Source of the DNA: a bacterium
Lineage (GTDB): Bacteria; Patescibacteriota; Saccharimonadia; Saccharimonadales; AWTP1-31
DNA: 64,000 bases
NCBI GenBank assembly: GCA_030426125.1
Contig: JAUHZB010000004.1
Location: forward strand, 9,253-73,252
Direction of reading: 5' to 3'
Below the pieces are notes generated by a model. It did no database searches. It was not told where the DNA came from and was given only the letters and a program-made list of their open reading frames with translations. The position numbers were made by a program, and so were the translations under genes. This document shows, piece after piece, positions 10,232-19,062 of the stretch (the first letter of the stretch is position 1; each line of letters begins with the position of its first letter).

Positions 10232-11542
10232 ATGCCACAAGTAGCACCGGAAATAGAGACATTCGCAAATATTAAGGTAGTTGGAGTTGGTGGTGCCGGC
10301 GGTGCAGCTGTTAATCGGATGATTGAAGCTGGGGTTGAGGGTGTTGAGTTTATCGTAGTTAATACTGATTCTCAAGCTCTACACTATTCAAAGGCAGATA
10401 CCAAGATACATATTGGTCAGGAGACCACCCGTGGTTTAGGTTCAGGCGCTGATCCAGAAGTAGGTGAAAAAGCAGCTATTGAGTCCCGTGATGAAATTAA
10501 AAAGGCCATAGAGGGTGCAGACATGATCTTTGTCACTATTGGTGCTGGAGGCGGTACTGGTAGCGGAGCCGGGCATGTGGTTGCTGAAGTAGCTAAAGAG
10601 CTAAAAATACTAGTTGTTGGTTTTGCCACTAAACCATTCGCTTTTGAAGGAGAGAAGCGACGCAAGAATGCCGAAATGGCTATCGAAAAGCTAAGAGCAT
10701 CAGTCGATACCCTAATAATTATCCCTAATGATAGACTACTTCAAACCATTGATAGGCAGACGCCACTGCTAGAAGCATTCAAAGTGGCTGATGATGTACT
10801 ACGGCAAGGGGTGCAGGGTATATCTGACCTGATAACTGTCCACGGCTTAATTAATCTAGACTTTGCTGACGTAAAAACAGTTATGAGTGATGCTGGCTCG
10901 GCTCTAATGGGCATTGGTCGAGCTAGCGGTGAAAACAGAGCAGTTCAAGCTGCCCAGCAAGCTATTGAATCACCATTACTGGAAGTATCTATTGATGGGG
11001 CTCGGGGAGTCTTGTTTAACGTAATTGGTGGAAATGATATATCGATGCATGAAATAAACACGGCTGCTGAAACTATTACAGCGGCGGCTGATCCGGGAGC
11101 TAATATTATATTTGGTGCCACTATTAACCAAGAACTAGATGATGAGTTGATTATTACCGTAGTAGCTACTGGTTTCGATGAGACCTATTTCAATAAGCAG
11201 CAACCGACCGCTATCAGCCAGCAAGCAACAGCCAACTCAGACAGTCAAAGTGATTCTAATAGTACTGCTAGCACTACCAGCGAAGCTGATGTCAATGGTT
11301 TAGACATGGATTTAGATAGTTCTAATGATGATGACAGTAGTAATTTCTCGAGTGAACGGGAAACTAACGTACCAAACATCTGGTCAATCGATCAAAAGGA
11401 AGATCAGCATGATTCTAGCAATAATTCTGAGGACCTAGATTCTGAAGAAGATGCTGAAATGGAAAAACCATCGTTCTTGCGAAGGCTAAAAAATCGTAAA
11501 AAACAAACAGACACTGAATCAACAGATACAAAAGAGCAATAA
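10232..11542 (+). CDS. ftsZ: Cell division protein FtsZ
   Basis: GGGTGSG signature, INLDFADV, acidic linker, C-terminal PSFLRR peptide. Confidence 0.98.
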   Translation: MPQVAPEIETFANIKVVGVGGAGGAAVNRMIEAGVEGVEFIVVNTDSQALHYSKADTKIHIGQETTRGLGSGADPEVGEKAAIESRDEIKKAIEGADMIFVTIGAGGGTGSGAGHVVAEVAKELKILVVGFATKPFAFEGEKRRKNAEMAIEKLRASVDTLIIIPNDRLLQTIDRQTPLLEAFKVADDVLRQGVQGISDLITVHGLINLDFADVKTVMSDAGSALMGIGRASGENRAVQAAQQAIESPLLEVSIDGARGVLFNVIGGNDISMHEINTAAETITAAADPGANIIFGATINQELDDELIITVVATGFDETYFNKQQPTAISQQATANSDSQSDSNSTASTTSEADVNGLDMDLDSSNDDDSSNFSSERETNVPNIWSIDQKEDQHDSSNNSEDLDSEEDAEMEKPSFLRRLKNRKKQTDTESTDTKEQ

Positions 11543-11550
11543 ATGGACAC

Positions 11551-11572
11551 TGCTGTATTAAATAATACAGCA
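11551..11572. repeat. 10-bp inverted repeat after ftsZ (possible terminator or operator)
   Basis: TGCTGTATTA-AA-TAATACAGCA. Confidence 0.45.
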
Positions 11573-11581
11573 ATATTTCGC

Positions 11582-11637
11582 TTGAAAAGCGCTATGCATA
11601 GGGCTATTATGGTTACTACATACGCTACATATAGCAT
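11582..11637 (+). promoter_or_regulatory. nrdR-nrdJ promoter with two candidate NrdR boxes
   Basis: TTGAAA(11582)-17 nt-TATTAT(11605); NrdR-box-like 16-mers GCGCTATGCATAGGGC (11589-11604) and ACGCTACATATAGCAT (11622-11637), 33 bp apart. Confidence 0.7.
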
Positions 11638-11682
11638 GGTGTAAACGTATAGTACGTTGATATTGAACCAAAAGGAGATGTC

Positions 11683-12156
11683 ATGAAATGCCGTAAATGC
11701 CATAAAACAGAAACAAAAGTTATCGAATCTAGAGACGTTGCTGAGGGTGATGCTATACGTAGAAGGCGCGAATGTCTTGATTGTAGCTACCGTTTTACAA
11801 CCTATGAAAGAGTGGAAAGACCACAGCTTATAGTTGTAAAGAACAACGGCACTAGAGAAATGTTTAGTAGGGAAAAGTTACTAGCCGGCCTCTATAGGGC
11901 TTGTGATAAAACAACAGTAACTAACGTCGAATTAGAAAAAGTGGCAGCTGATGTCGAGAATAGTTTATATAACTGCAGTGATCCAGAAGTAGCAACTTCG
12001 AAAATTGGGTCGATGGTTATGGATAGGTTGGGTTTGCTCGACGAAGTAGCATACGTGCGTTTCGCTAGCGTCTATCGAAGGTTCAAGGATATAGATGGAT
12101 TTGAGAAGGAATTATCGAAAATCCGTAAAATAAAAAAGGAGAGAACTAAAATTTAA
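11683..12156 (+). CDS. nrdR: Transcriptional repressor NrdR
   Basis: CxxC...IRRRRECxxCxxRFTTYE zinc ribbon, ATP cone, VAYVRFASVYR. Confidence 0.97.
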   Translation: MKCRKCHKTETKVIESRDVAEGDAIRRRRECLDCSYRFTTYERVERPQLIVVKNNGTREMFSREKLLAGLYRACDKTTVTNVELEKVAADVENSLYNCSDPEVATSKIGSMVMDRLGLLDEVAYVRFASVYRRFKDIDGFEKELSKIRKIKKERTKI

Positions 12157-12162
12157 AAGTTT

Positions 12163-12211
12163 TATTTGTTCCCACTTAACTCTTTTGTAGGGGGTTAGAT
12201 GGGAGCAAATA
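12163..12211 (+). other. Long RNA hairpin between nrdR and nrdJ
   Basis: TATTTGTTCCCA...TGGGAGCAAATA outer stem plus TAAC/GTTA inner pairing. Confidence 0.55.
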
Positions 12212-12280
12212 GCCAGTAGATGTGAGCTACTAGCTAGGTACTCTAACAAAAAATATAAAACTAAAGTGAGTGAGGGTAAT

Positions 12281-15052
12281 ATGGGAGAAACTACTATCCT
12301 GGGTAACAGGAGGCTGTTCACACAGCCTAATACAAAGGCTTACGAGTCGTTAAAGTGGCTGAAAACAGACTCGGTAATCGTAAATCCGATGACCGATACG
12401 CCGGTTTTTGAACAGAAAAATGTTGAGTTTCCAGAGGGTTGGTCGCTTAACGCCATTAATATAGTGGCTCAGAAATATTTTACCGGTACGCCAGGTACTA
12501 AGGGCAGAGAAAAATCTTTGAAGGATCTAATAGACCGAGTAGTTGATACGATTACCCGACACGGTCTTCAGGAAGGTTATTTTGAAGATGATGATGAAGC
12601 AAGTTCTTTTAAAGAAGAGCTAAAATACGTACTCGCTACTCAGCGGGCGGCATTTAACTCACCAGTATGGTTTAACATTGGTGCTCCAGAACGTTCACAG
12701 CAAGCTAGTGCCTGCTTTATTTTGGCTGTAGAAGACACCATGCCAGCAATACTTAATTGGTATAAAGAAGAAGGAATGATCTTTAAGGGTGGTTCAGGGG
12801 CTGGCATTAACCTGAGTTCGATCCGATCTTCAGTAGAGTCACTAGGCAAAAGTGCTGGAACAGCATCAGGTCCAATGAGCTTTATGCGTGGAGCTGACTC
12901 TTCAGCCGGAGCAATTAAAAGTGGTGGAAAGACTCGCCGAGCAGCCAAAATGGTAATTTTGAACTCTGATCACCCCGACGTTGAGGAGTTTATTTGGTCA
13001 AAAGCTATCGAAGAGCGAAAAGCTCGAGTTCTAAAAGAGAATGGCTTTGATATGAGCTTGGATGGAAAAGATTCATTCTCTGTTCAATATCAGAATGCCA
13101 ATAACTCCGTTCGCGTTTCTGATGAATTCATGGAAGCAGTAGAAAATGACGAGGAGTGGGAACTTAAGGCAGTTAAGGATGGCCGACCTGTTAAAACAGT
13201 TCGTGCTAAAGATATTTTCAGGCAAATTGCTGAAGCTGCCTGGGAGTGCGCAGATCCGGGTATGCAGTTCGATACAACCATAAATCACTGGCATACAACA
13301 CCGAATGCTGGTCGAATAAATGGTAGTAATCCATGTAGTGAATACATGCACCTAGACAACTCTGCTTGTAACCTAGCTAGCATTAACTTACTTAAGTACT
13401 TAAATGACGATCATACTTTCGACATTGAGTCTTTCAAACATACTGTTGAGTTAATCTTTACTGCTCAGGAAATATTAGTCGGATATTCTGAATATCCAAC
13501 CGAGAGTATAACCAAGAATGCTAAGGCTTATCGAGAGCTTGGTATTGGTTACGCTAACCTTGGCGCACTGCTAATGGCTCAAGGTTTGCCATATGATTCT
13601 GATGAAGGACGGGCCCAGGCAGCAGCTATTACAGCTCTATTGACTGGTCATTCATACGCAACTAGCGCTAAGCTAGCTCGTCGTGTTGGACCGTTTGCTG
13701 GATACCATAAGGACCAAGAAGGTATGATCAAGGTTCTTAAGCAACACCGAGCAGCTGTTTCAGATATTGACGCTAGTTTAGTCTCTGAAGACTTATTAAG
13801 CGCAGCTACAACTGCATGGGATGATGCTGTTGAACTTGGCCAGCTATACGGAATTCGCAACTCACAAGCTAGTGTGCTTGCACCTACTGGGACTATTGGA
13901 CTAATGATGGACTGTGATACTACCGGAATTGAACCAGATCTAGGCTTAGTTAAGGTTAAGAAATTGGTTGGTGGCGGTACTATGCATATCGTGAATCAAA
14001 CAGTACCAAGAGCTCTAGACGCCCTTGGCTACACTAAGAAGCAAAGTCAGGAAATTGTCGACTACATTGATAGCGAGAAGACTATCATTGGAGCACCTCA
14101 TCTAAAAGCCGAGCATCAAAATGTCTTTGCTTGTTCAATGGGCGATAACGCCATCCATTACTTAGGACACGTCAAGATGATGTCAGCTGTTCAGCCATTC
14201 TTATCTGGGGCAATCAGTAAAACAGTTAACATGCCAGAGTCTGCTACCGTAGAAGATATTGAGCAACTACACATTGACTCTTGGAAGATGGGCCTAAAAG
14301 CAGTGGCTGTTTACCGAGATAACTGTAAGGTCGGTCAACCACTTAGCATGGCTAAGAAAGAAGGCGCCAAAGAAGCTGCTCCTAAAGTTGAACAGGCAAC
14401 CGAAAAAGACAAGATTGTAGTTAAAGGCACCTATCGTCGACTACTTCCTAAACGACGAAAAAGTAACACCTACAAGTTCCATATAGCGGACCTAAAGGGC
14501 TTCTTTACTGTTAGTGAATACCAAGATGGTACACCTGGTGAATTGTTTATCAATGTATCTAAACAAGGTTCAACCCTATCTGGGCTAATGGACTCTTTCG
14601 CGATTAGTGTTAGCCATGGATTGCAATACGGCGTACCACTGAAGAGTTACGTAAAGACACTACGTGGTACTAGTTTCGCTCCATCTGGTATTACCGATGA
14701 TGAAGATATCCGAACTGCAAGTTCAATCACCGACTATATCGTTCGGAGGTTAGCTCTAGATTATCTATCATTTGATGATCGGCTAGAACTTGGAATGGCA
14801 GATATAGAAGATATGCCAGATGACCAAACTAGCTTACTAGAAGAAGATTCTAAAGTCGATGATTTGTCTGGCGCCGATAACCCAACCACTGAACAGGTGA
14901 TCGAAAAGCCGGTTAGCACAGCTGAAAGATCTGAAGCAAAGTCATCTAAAGATGACACTGCGCCACTTTGCTACAACTGCGGTAATCAGACGCAGAGAGC
15001 AGGCAGTTGTTATGTTTGTAGCGCTTGTGGATCAACTACTGGCTGTAGTTAG
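12281..15052 (+). CDS. nrdJ: Class II adenosylcobalamin-dependent ribonucleotide reductase
   Basis: FNSPVWFN, SACFI, KSGGKTRRAAKM, SNPCSEY, APTGTIG, C-terminal TSCPD-like domain and CxxC..CxxC; ATG 12281 after GAGGG. Confidence 0.95.
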   Translation: MGETTILGNRRLFTQPNTKAYESLKWLKTDSVIVNPMTDTPVFEQKNVEFPEGWSLNAINIVAQKYFTGTPGTKGREKSLKDLIDRVVDTITRHGLQEGYFEDDDEASSFKEELKYVLATQRAAFNSPVWFNIGAPERSQQASACFILAVEDTMPAILNWYKEEGMIFKGGSGAGINLSSIRSSVESLGKSAGTASGPMSFMRGADSSAGAIKSGGKTRRAAKMVILNSDHPDVEEFIWSKAIEERKARVLKENGFDMSLDGKDSFSVQYQNANNSVRVSDEFMEAVENDEEWELKAVKDGRPVKTVRAKDIFRQIAEAAWECADPGMQFDTTINHWHTTPNAGRINGSNPCSEYMHLDNSACNLASINLLKYLNDDHTFDIESFKHTVELIFTAQEILVGYSEYPTESITKNAKAYRELGIGYANLGALLMAQGLPYDSDEGRAQAAAITALLTGHSYATSAKLARRVGPFAGYHKDQEGMIKVLKQHRAAVSDIDASLVSEDLLSAATTAWDDAVELGQLYGIRNSQASVLAPTGTIGLMMDCDTTGIEPDLGLVKVKKLVGGGTMHIVNQTVPRALDALGYTKKQSQEIVDYIDSEKTIIGAPHLKAEHQNVFACSMGDNAIHYLGHVKMMSAVQPFLSGAISKTVNMPESATVEDIEQLHIDSWKMGLKAVAVYRDNCKVGQPLSMAKKEGAKEAAPKVEQATEKDKIVVKGTYRRLLPKRRKSNTYKFHIADLKGFFTVSEYQDGTPGELFINVSKQGSTLSGLMDSFAISVSHGLQYGVPLKSYVKTLRGTSFAPSGITDDEDIRTASSITDYIVRRLALDYLSFDDRLELGMADIEDMPDDQTSLLEEDSKVDDLSGADNPTTEQVIEKPVSTAERSEAKSSKDDTAPLCYNCGNQTQRAGSCYVCSACGSTTGCS

Positions 15053-15083
15053 CAGTTAACTTGGTTGTGCTAAAATAGCAGAT

Positions 15084-15347
15084 ATGAAAGTCGCTATTTT
15101 GTATCATCCCAAGTCAGACCATGCTCGAAAGGTGGAGGACTATGCTCGTGATTTTTACCACCAGATGCACCATAAACTAGATTTAATTAGTCTTGAGTCT
15201 AGTGAAGGAGCTCATCAGGCTAAACTTTACGACATAGTCCGCTACCCAGCGGTAATGGCTCTGTCTGACAGCGGGGAGCTATTAAAAGTCTGGCAGGGGC
15301 CGGTTTTACCGCTAATGAATGAGGTCTCTTTCTATACAAAGGGCTAA
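15084..15347 (+). CDS. Small hypothetical protein, possibly thioredoxin-like fold without CxxC
   Basis: AKLYDIVRYPAVMAL..G....W.G pattern; own TGC-TAAAAT promoter 7 nt before ATG. Confidence 0.6.
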   Translation: MKVAILYHPKSDHARKVEDYARDFYHQMHHKLDLISLESSEGAHQAKLYDIVRYPAVMALSDSGELLKVWQGPVLPLMNEVSFYTKG

Positions 15348-15430
15348 ACTAAGCAGGTAGAAGTAGTAACCATTGATTAACACCAAGGACTTGTTAGTTT
15401 ATTACTTGTGTTGTATTATTGGCATATAAA

Positions 15431-15633
15431 TGCGTTTCATGTAAATGGATGAGTGACTATCAATCACGAAGCAGTAGAAAGAAATAGTGTACTTAGTAAA
15501 CCACTAGAGTAGAATCTACCGGAACAGACCGTAACCCTGACAACAAGAGCTAAAAGAATCACTTCTTTTGGAAGCCAGATGGTACCTCCCTCAAAGGGAT
15601 CTGGCAGACAGAAGAGGTGATTTTTGTTTTTTT
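15431..15633 (+). ncRNA. T-box riboswitch (Ile) leader of ileS, ultrashort Stem I type
   Basis: Stem I GUGA-CU[AUC]AA-UCAC; Stem II with AAGAA/AGUAGAA internal loop; CGG..CCGUAA Stem IIA/B; GAGC plus Stem III; antiterminator GCCAGA-UGGUACC-UCCC/GGGA-UCUGGC; U-tract at 15621-15633. Confidence 0.9.
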
Positions 15634-15654
15634 AACTATTACAATAGGAGTAAG

Positions 15655-18585
15655 ATGAAGTTTAAAGCCGGATCTCGCAGAAAAGCACTAGAATACGAAA
15701 AGTATTGGGTTGAGCAGTGGAAAAAAGAAGATACTTTTCGGCGTTCTGTAGAAAATAGACCAAAAGACAATAGCTATGTGTTTTATGATGGTCCACCGTT
15801 TATATCTGGATCACCGCATCATGGCACATTACTTAGTTCTATCGTAAAAGACGTAATTCCTCGTTACCAAACCATGAAAGGTAAGCGAGTCGAGCGAGTT
15901 TGGGGATGGGACTGTCATGGTTTACCAGCGGAGCGGTTTACCGAGAAGAAACTTGGTATTCACTCTCGGCAGGAAGTTCTAGATTATGGTATCGAAAAGT
16001 ATATTGTTGCTACTAGAGAGAACATGATTCAGACCAGCAGTGAATGGGAAGACGTCGTTGATCGCATCGGTCGGTGGGTAGACTTCAAGGGTGCTTACAA
16101 AACCATGGATAAGGAGTATATGGAGTCAGTCTGGTGGGCTTTTAAGGAGCTTTATCAGAAAGGTAAGATCTACGAAGGTGAACGGGTTTTGATGTACTGT
16201 ACGCTTGACGGTACACCGCTGTCAAAAGCTGAAGTAACGATGGATAGTGGAGCCTATCAGGACGTTACTGATCCAAGTGTTTACGTAAAATTTAAGGTTG
16301 TAGATGAAGACTATTCACTATTAGCCTGGACTACAACTCCTTGGACTCTACCAGCCAATAGTGCTGTTGCGGTCAATAAAGAGCTAGATTACGTTAAAGT
16401 AGAGCTAGATGGTGAACGTTTGGTGTTAGCCAAAGATCTAGCGGAGAAGGTATTAACTGATGAAAAACATCAGTCGCTAGATTACAAGGTTATTACAGAG
16501 CTAAAGGGCAGTCAGTTGGTTGGAAAACGCTACCAACCACTATTCGCTGATCGCGGTGAAGGAGCTCATCAGGTTTGGGATGCCGATTATGTTAGCGCTG
16601 AGGATGGTTCTGGTATAGTTCACTTAGCTCCGGCTTACGGTGAAGAAGATTTTGAACTAGCAAATGCCCATAAAATACCAGTTATTCATGTCATTGATCA
16701 GAATGGATACTACAGTGAAGGTGACTGGAAGGGGCAGAATGTCTGGGAAGCAAACAAGCCAATTGCAAAAGAGCTGAAGCAAAGAGGTGATGTTCTTAAA
16801 ATTGACTATATCAGGCACAGTTATCCGCATTGTCATAGGTGTGGCACTCGTTTGATGTATAGGGCTCACCCTAGTTGGTTTATGAATATAGATGGTCAAC
16901 GCCATGAGATGCTAGAAAAGAATCAGCCAATTAATTGGTTTCCACCGCATGTAAAAAATGGCCGTTTTGCCAAGACGATAGAGCAGGCGCCAGATTGGAA
17001 TATCTCAAGAGATCGTTTTTGGGCTACTGGTATGCCGGTTTGGAAGGGTGTCGATAAAGACGGCAATGAACACACTAAAGTGATAGGTAGCTACCAAGAG
17101 CTAAAGGAACTATCTGGCGTAGAGTTGGATGACTACCACCGACCGTGGGTAGATGAGATTACATTTGAGATCGACGGGGTTAGCTACAAACGCATAGACA
17201 AGGTTATGGATAGCTGGTTTGAGGCTGGAAGTATGCCATTTGCCCAGTTCCACTATCCCTTCCAGAATAAGCAGAAATTTGAAGATAACTTCCCGGGTGA
17301 CTTTATCGTCGAGTATATTGGTCAAGTTAGGGCCTGGTTCTATTACATGCACGCCATGAGCGTGGCATTATTTGGTCAGAACTCTTTTAAGAACGTTATT
17401 GTTACTGGAAATGTGGCTGGTAGTGATGGTCGGAAGATGAGTAAAAGCTACGGTAATTATACCGACCCAAATGAACTTATGGACCAATTTTCAGCAGATT
17501 CACTACGCTTCCTTCTTGTGCAGAGCCCACTACTAAATGGAGAGGACTTTACACTACAAGATAAAGAGGTAGGAGATGTTGCTCGTAAGTTGAGTATGAT
17601 CTGGAATATGTATGACTTCTTTACAATGTACGCTGAAGTAGATGACTGGCAGTGGGACGGGGAGCACAAAGACCCTAGTCAGGATTGTGATAACCCCCTC
17701 GATCTTTGGATAATTAGCCGCGTTCATCAGTTGGCTGAGGAGATAGAGCAACATATTGACGGTTATGACTTGCCAAACGCAACTAAGCCAATCCTGCCTT
17801 TCATTGACGACGCTAGTAACTGGTATGTAAGGCGTTCACGGCGTCGTTTCTGGAAAAGCGGGGATGATAAGGACAAGAATAATGCCTATCGGACACTACA
17901 CTATGTTCTGACGCATCTTAGCATCATCATGGCACCGATTACTCCATTCCTCTCCGAAGAACTCTACAGCAAGCTTACAGGCGGTGAAACGTCGGTTCAT
18001 TTACTGGATTGGCCAAAATCTGGGAAAATAGATCAGACTTTGGTAAATAAGATGAAAGTGGTCAGGCACTTAATTACAATTGGGCTTGGTCTTAGAGCCC
18101 AGAATTCATTAAAAGTTAGACAGCCACTAGCTAGCGTAACCCTAAAAAGAGCTTTACCGGAAGAATTAGCAACAATCTTAAAAGAGGAGTTAAATGTTAA
18201 AAAGGTTCTAGTAAGCGATAAACACCCTGATCCTGAAAAAACCTTCCTAGAGAACATAGAAGAAGGTAATATTTCGCAGTTGTATAAGTTGGAGTTGGAC
18301 ATGGAGCTGACTCCAGAGCTCGTCGAAGAAGGGCTGGTTAGAGAAGTTATACGGCAAGTTCAGAATAACCGTAAGAAAGCTGGCTTAGAGGTTGATGATC
18401 GAATAAAGCTGGTTCTAAAATCTGAAGATCAGGGCCTAGCGCGAGCAATTAAGAACTTTAGTAATGAGATACAAGCAGAAACCTTAGCTACTAACTTATC
18501 TGAAGAAGGTAGCCTGGCTTACAGTAGTAAGCTGAAGGTAGATAGTAAAGAGTTGGTAATTGAGTTAGAAAAAGCGGAATCTTAG
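15655..18585 (+). CDS. ileS: Isoleucyl-tRNA synthetase, type 2 (IleRS2)
   Basis: DGPPF..G.PHHGT, GWDCHGLP, WTTTPWTLP, KMSKS, SNWYVRRSRRRFW; ATG 15655 after AGGAG (the ORF track's 5' extension lies inside the T-box). Confidence 0.97.
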   Translation: MKFKAGSRRKALEYEKYWVEQWKKEDTFRRSVENRPKDNSYVFYDGPPFISGSPHHGTLLSSIVKDVIPRYQTMKGKRVERVWGWDCHGLPAERFTEKKLGIHSRQEVLDYGIEKYIVATRENMIQTSSEWEDVVDRIGRWVDFKGAYKTMDKEYMESVWWAFKELYQKGKIYEGERVLMYCTLDGTPLSKAEVTMDSGAYQDVTDPSVYVKFKVVDEDYSLLAWTTTPWTLPANSAVAVNKELDYVKVELDGERLVLAKDLAEKVLTDEKHQSLDYKVITELKGSQLVGKRYQPLFADRGEGAHQVWDADYVSAEDGSGIVHLAPAYGEEDFELANAHKIPVIHVIDQNGYYSEGDWKGQNVWEANKPIAKELKQRGDVLKIDYIRHSYPHCHRCGTRLMYRAHPSWFMNIDGQRHEMLEKNQPINWFPPHVKNGRFAKTIEQAPDWNISRDRFWATGMPVWKGVDKDGNEHTKVIGSYQELKELSGVELDDYHRPWVDEITFEIDGVSYKRIDKVMDSWFEAGSMPFAQFHYPFQNKQKFEDNFPGDFIVEYIGQVRAWFYYMHAMSVALFGQNSFKNVIVTGNVAGSDGRKMSKSYGNYTDPNELMDQFSADSLRFLLVQSPLLNGEDFTLQDKEVGDVARKLSMIWNMYDFFTMYAEVDDWQWDGEHKDPSQDCDNPLDLWIISRVHQLAEEIEQHIDGYDLPNATKPILPFIDDASNWYVRRSRRRFWKSGDDKDKNNAYRTLHYVLTHLSIIMAPITPFLSEELYSKLTGGETSVHLLDWPKSGKIDQTLVNKMKVVRHLITIGLGLRAQNSLKVRQPLASVTLKRALPEELATILKEELNVKKVLVSDKHPDPEKTFLENIEEGNISQLYKLELDMELTPELVEEGLVREVIRQVQNNRKKAGLEVDDRIKLVLKSEDQGLARAIKNFSNEIQAETLATNLSEEGSLAYSSKLKVDSKELVIELEKAES

Positions 18586-18654
18586 GACACTTTACACTTT
18601 ACAGAGGTAGGATTATTTGGTACTATCTAATTTGTAATATTTTTAGGAAGTAAT

Positions 18655-18960
18655 ATGAAAAAAGCTGTAATAGCTAGCGGTGGAAAACAATATATCGTAT
18701 CAGAAGGCGACACTCTAGAGGTGGAGTTGTTAGCTGACGATAAAAAAACAAGCTTTAAGCCGTTACTAGTTGTAGATGGAAAAAAGACCGACATTGGTAC
18801 CCCTACTGTTGAAGGATCAACAGTAAGTGCTGAGATTGTTGAGTCTGACGTAAAAAACGAAAAAGTTACTGCAATTCGCTACAAACCAAAAAAGCGTGTT
18901 CGTAAGGTTCGTGGTCATCGCCAACATAAAACTGTTATTAAGATAACCAAAATATCCTAA
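18655..18960 (+). CDS. rplU: 50S ribosomal protein L21
   Basis: AVIASGGKQYIV, RGHRQ. Confidence 0.96.
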   Translation: MKKAVIASGGKQYIVSEGDTLEVELLADDKKTSFKPLLVVDGKKTDIGTPTVEGSTVSAEIVESDVKNEKVTAIRYKPKKRVRKVRGHRQHKTVIKITKIS

Positions 18961-19062
18961 TATAAAGCTACTAGTACTATAAGGCTAGTTGAATATATAG
19001 ATTATATAGTGTTTGGGCGTTTGTATTCAGACCAGCTTATGGTTAAATGTACATAGGGAAAA

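Noticed and set aside
12157..12280. Cobalamin riboswitch upstream of nrdJ
   Set aside because: Spacer is short and I could not find the B12-box or core motifs; kept only as an unexplained hairpin
15568..15654. 29-aa N-terminal extension of IleRS in the ORF track
   Set aside because: Overlaps the T-box antiterminator and U-tract; ATG 15655 has an AGGAG RBS
19038..19048. TTATGGTTAAAT as the XerD arm of a dif site
   Set aside because: One base too long versus TTATGTTAAAT and no XerC arm at the right spacing
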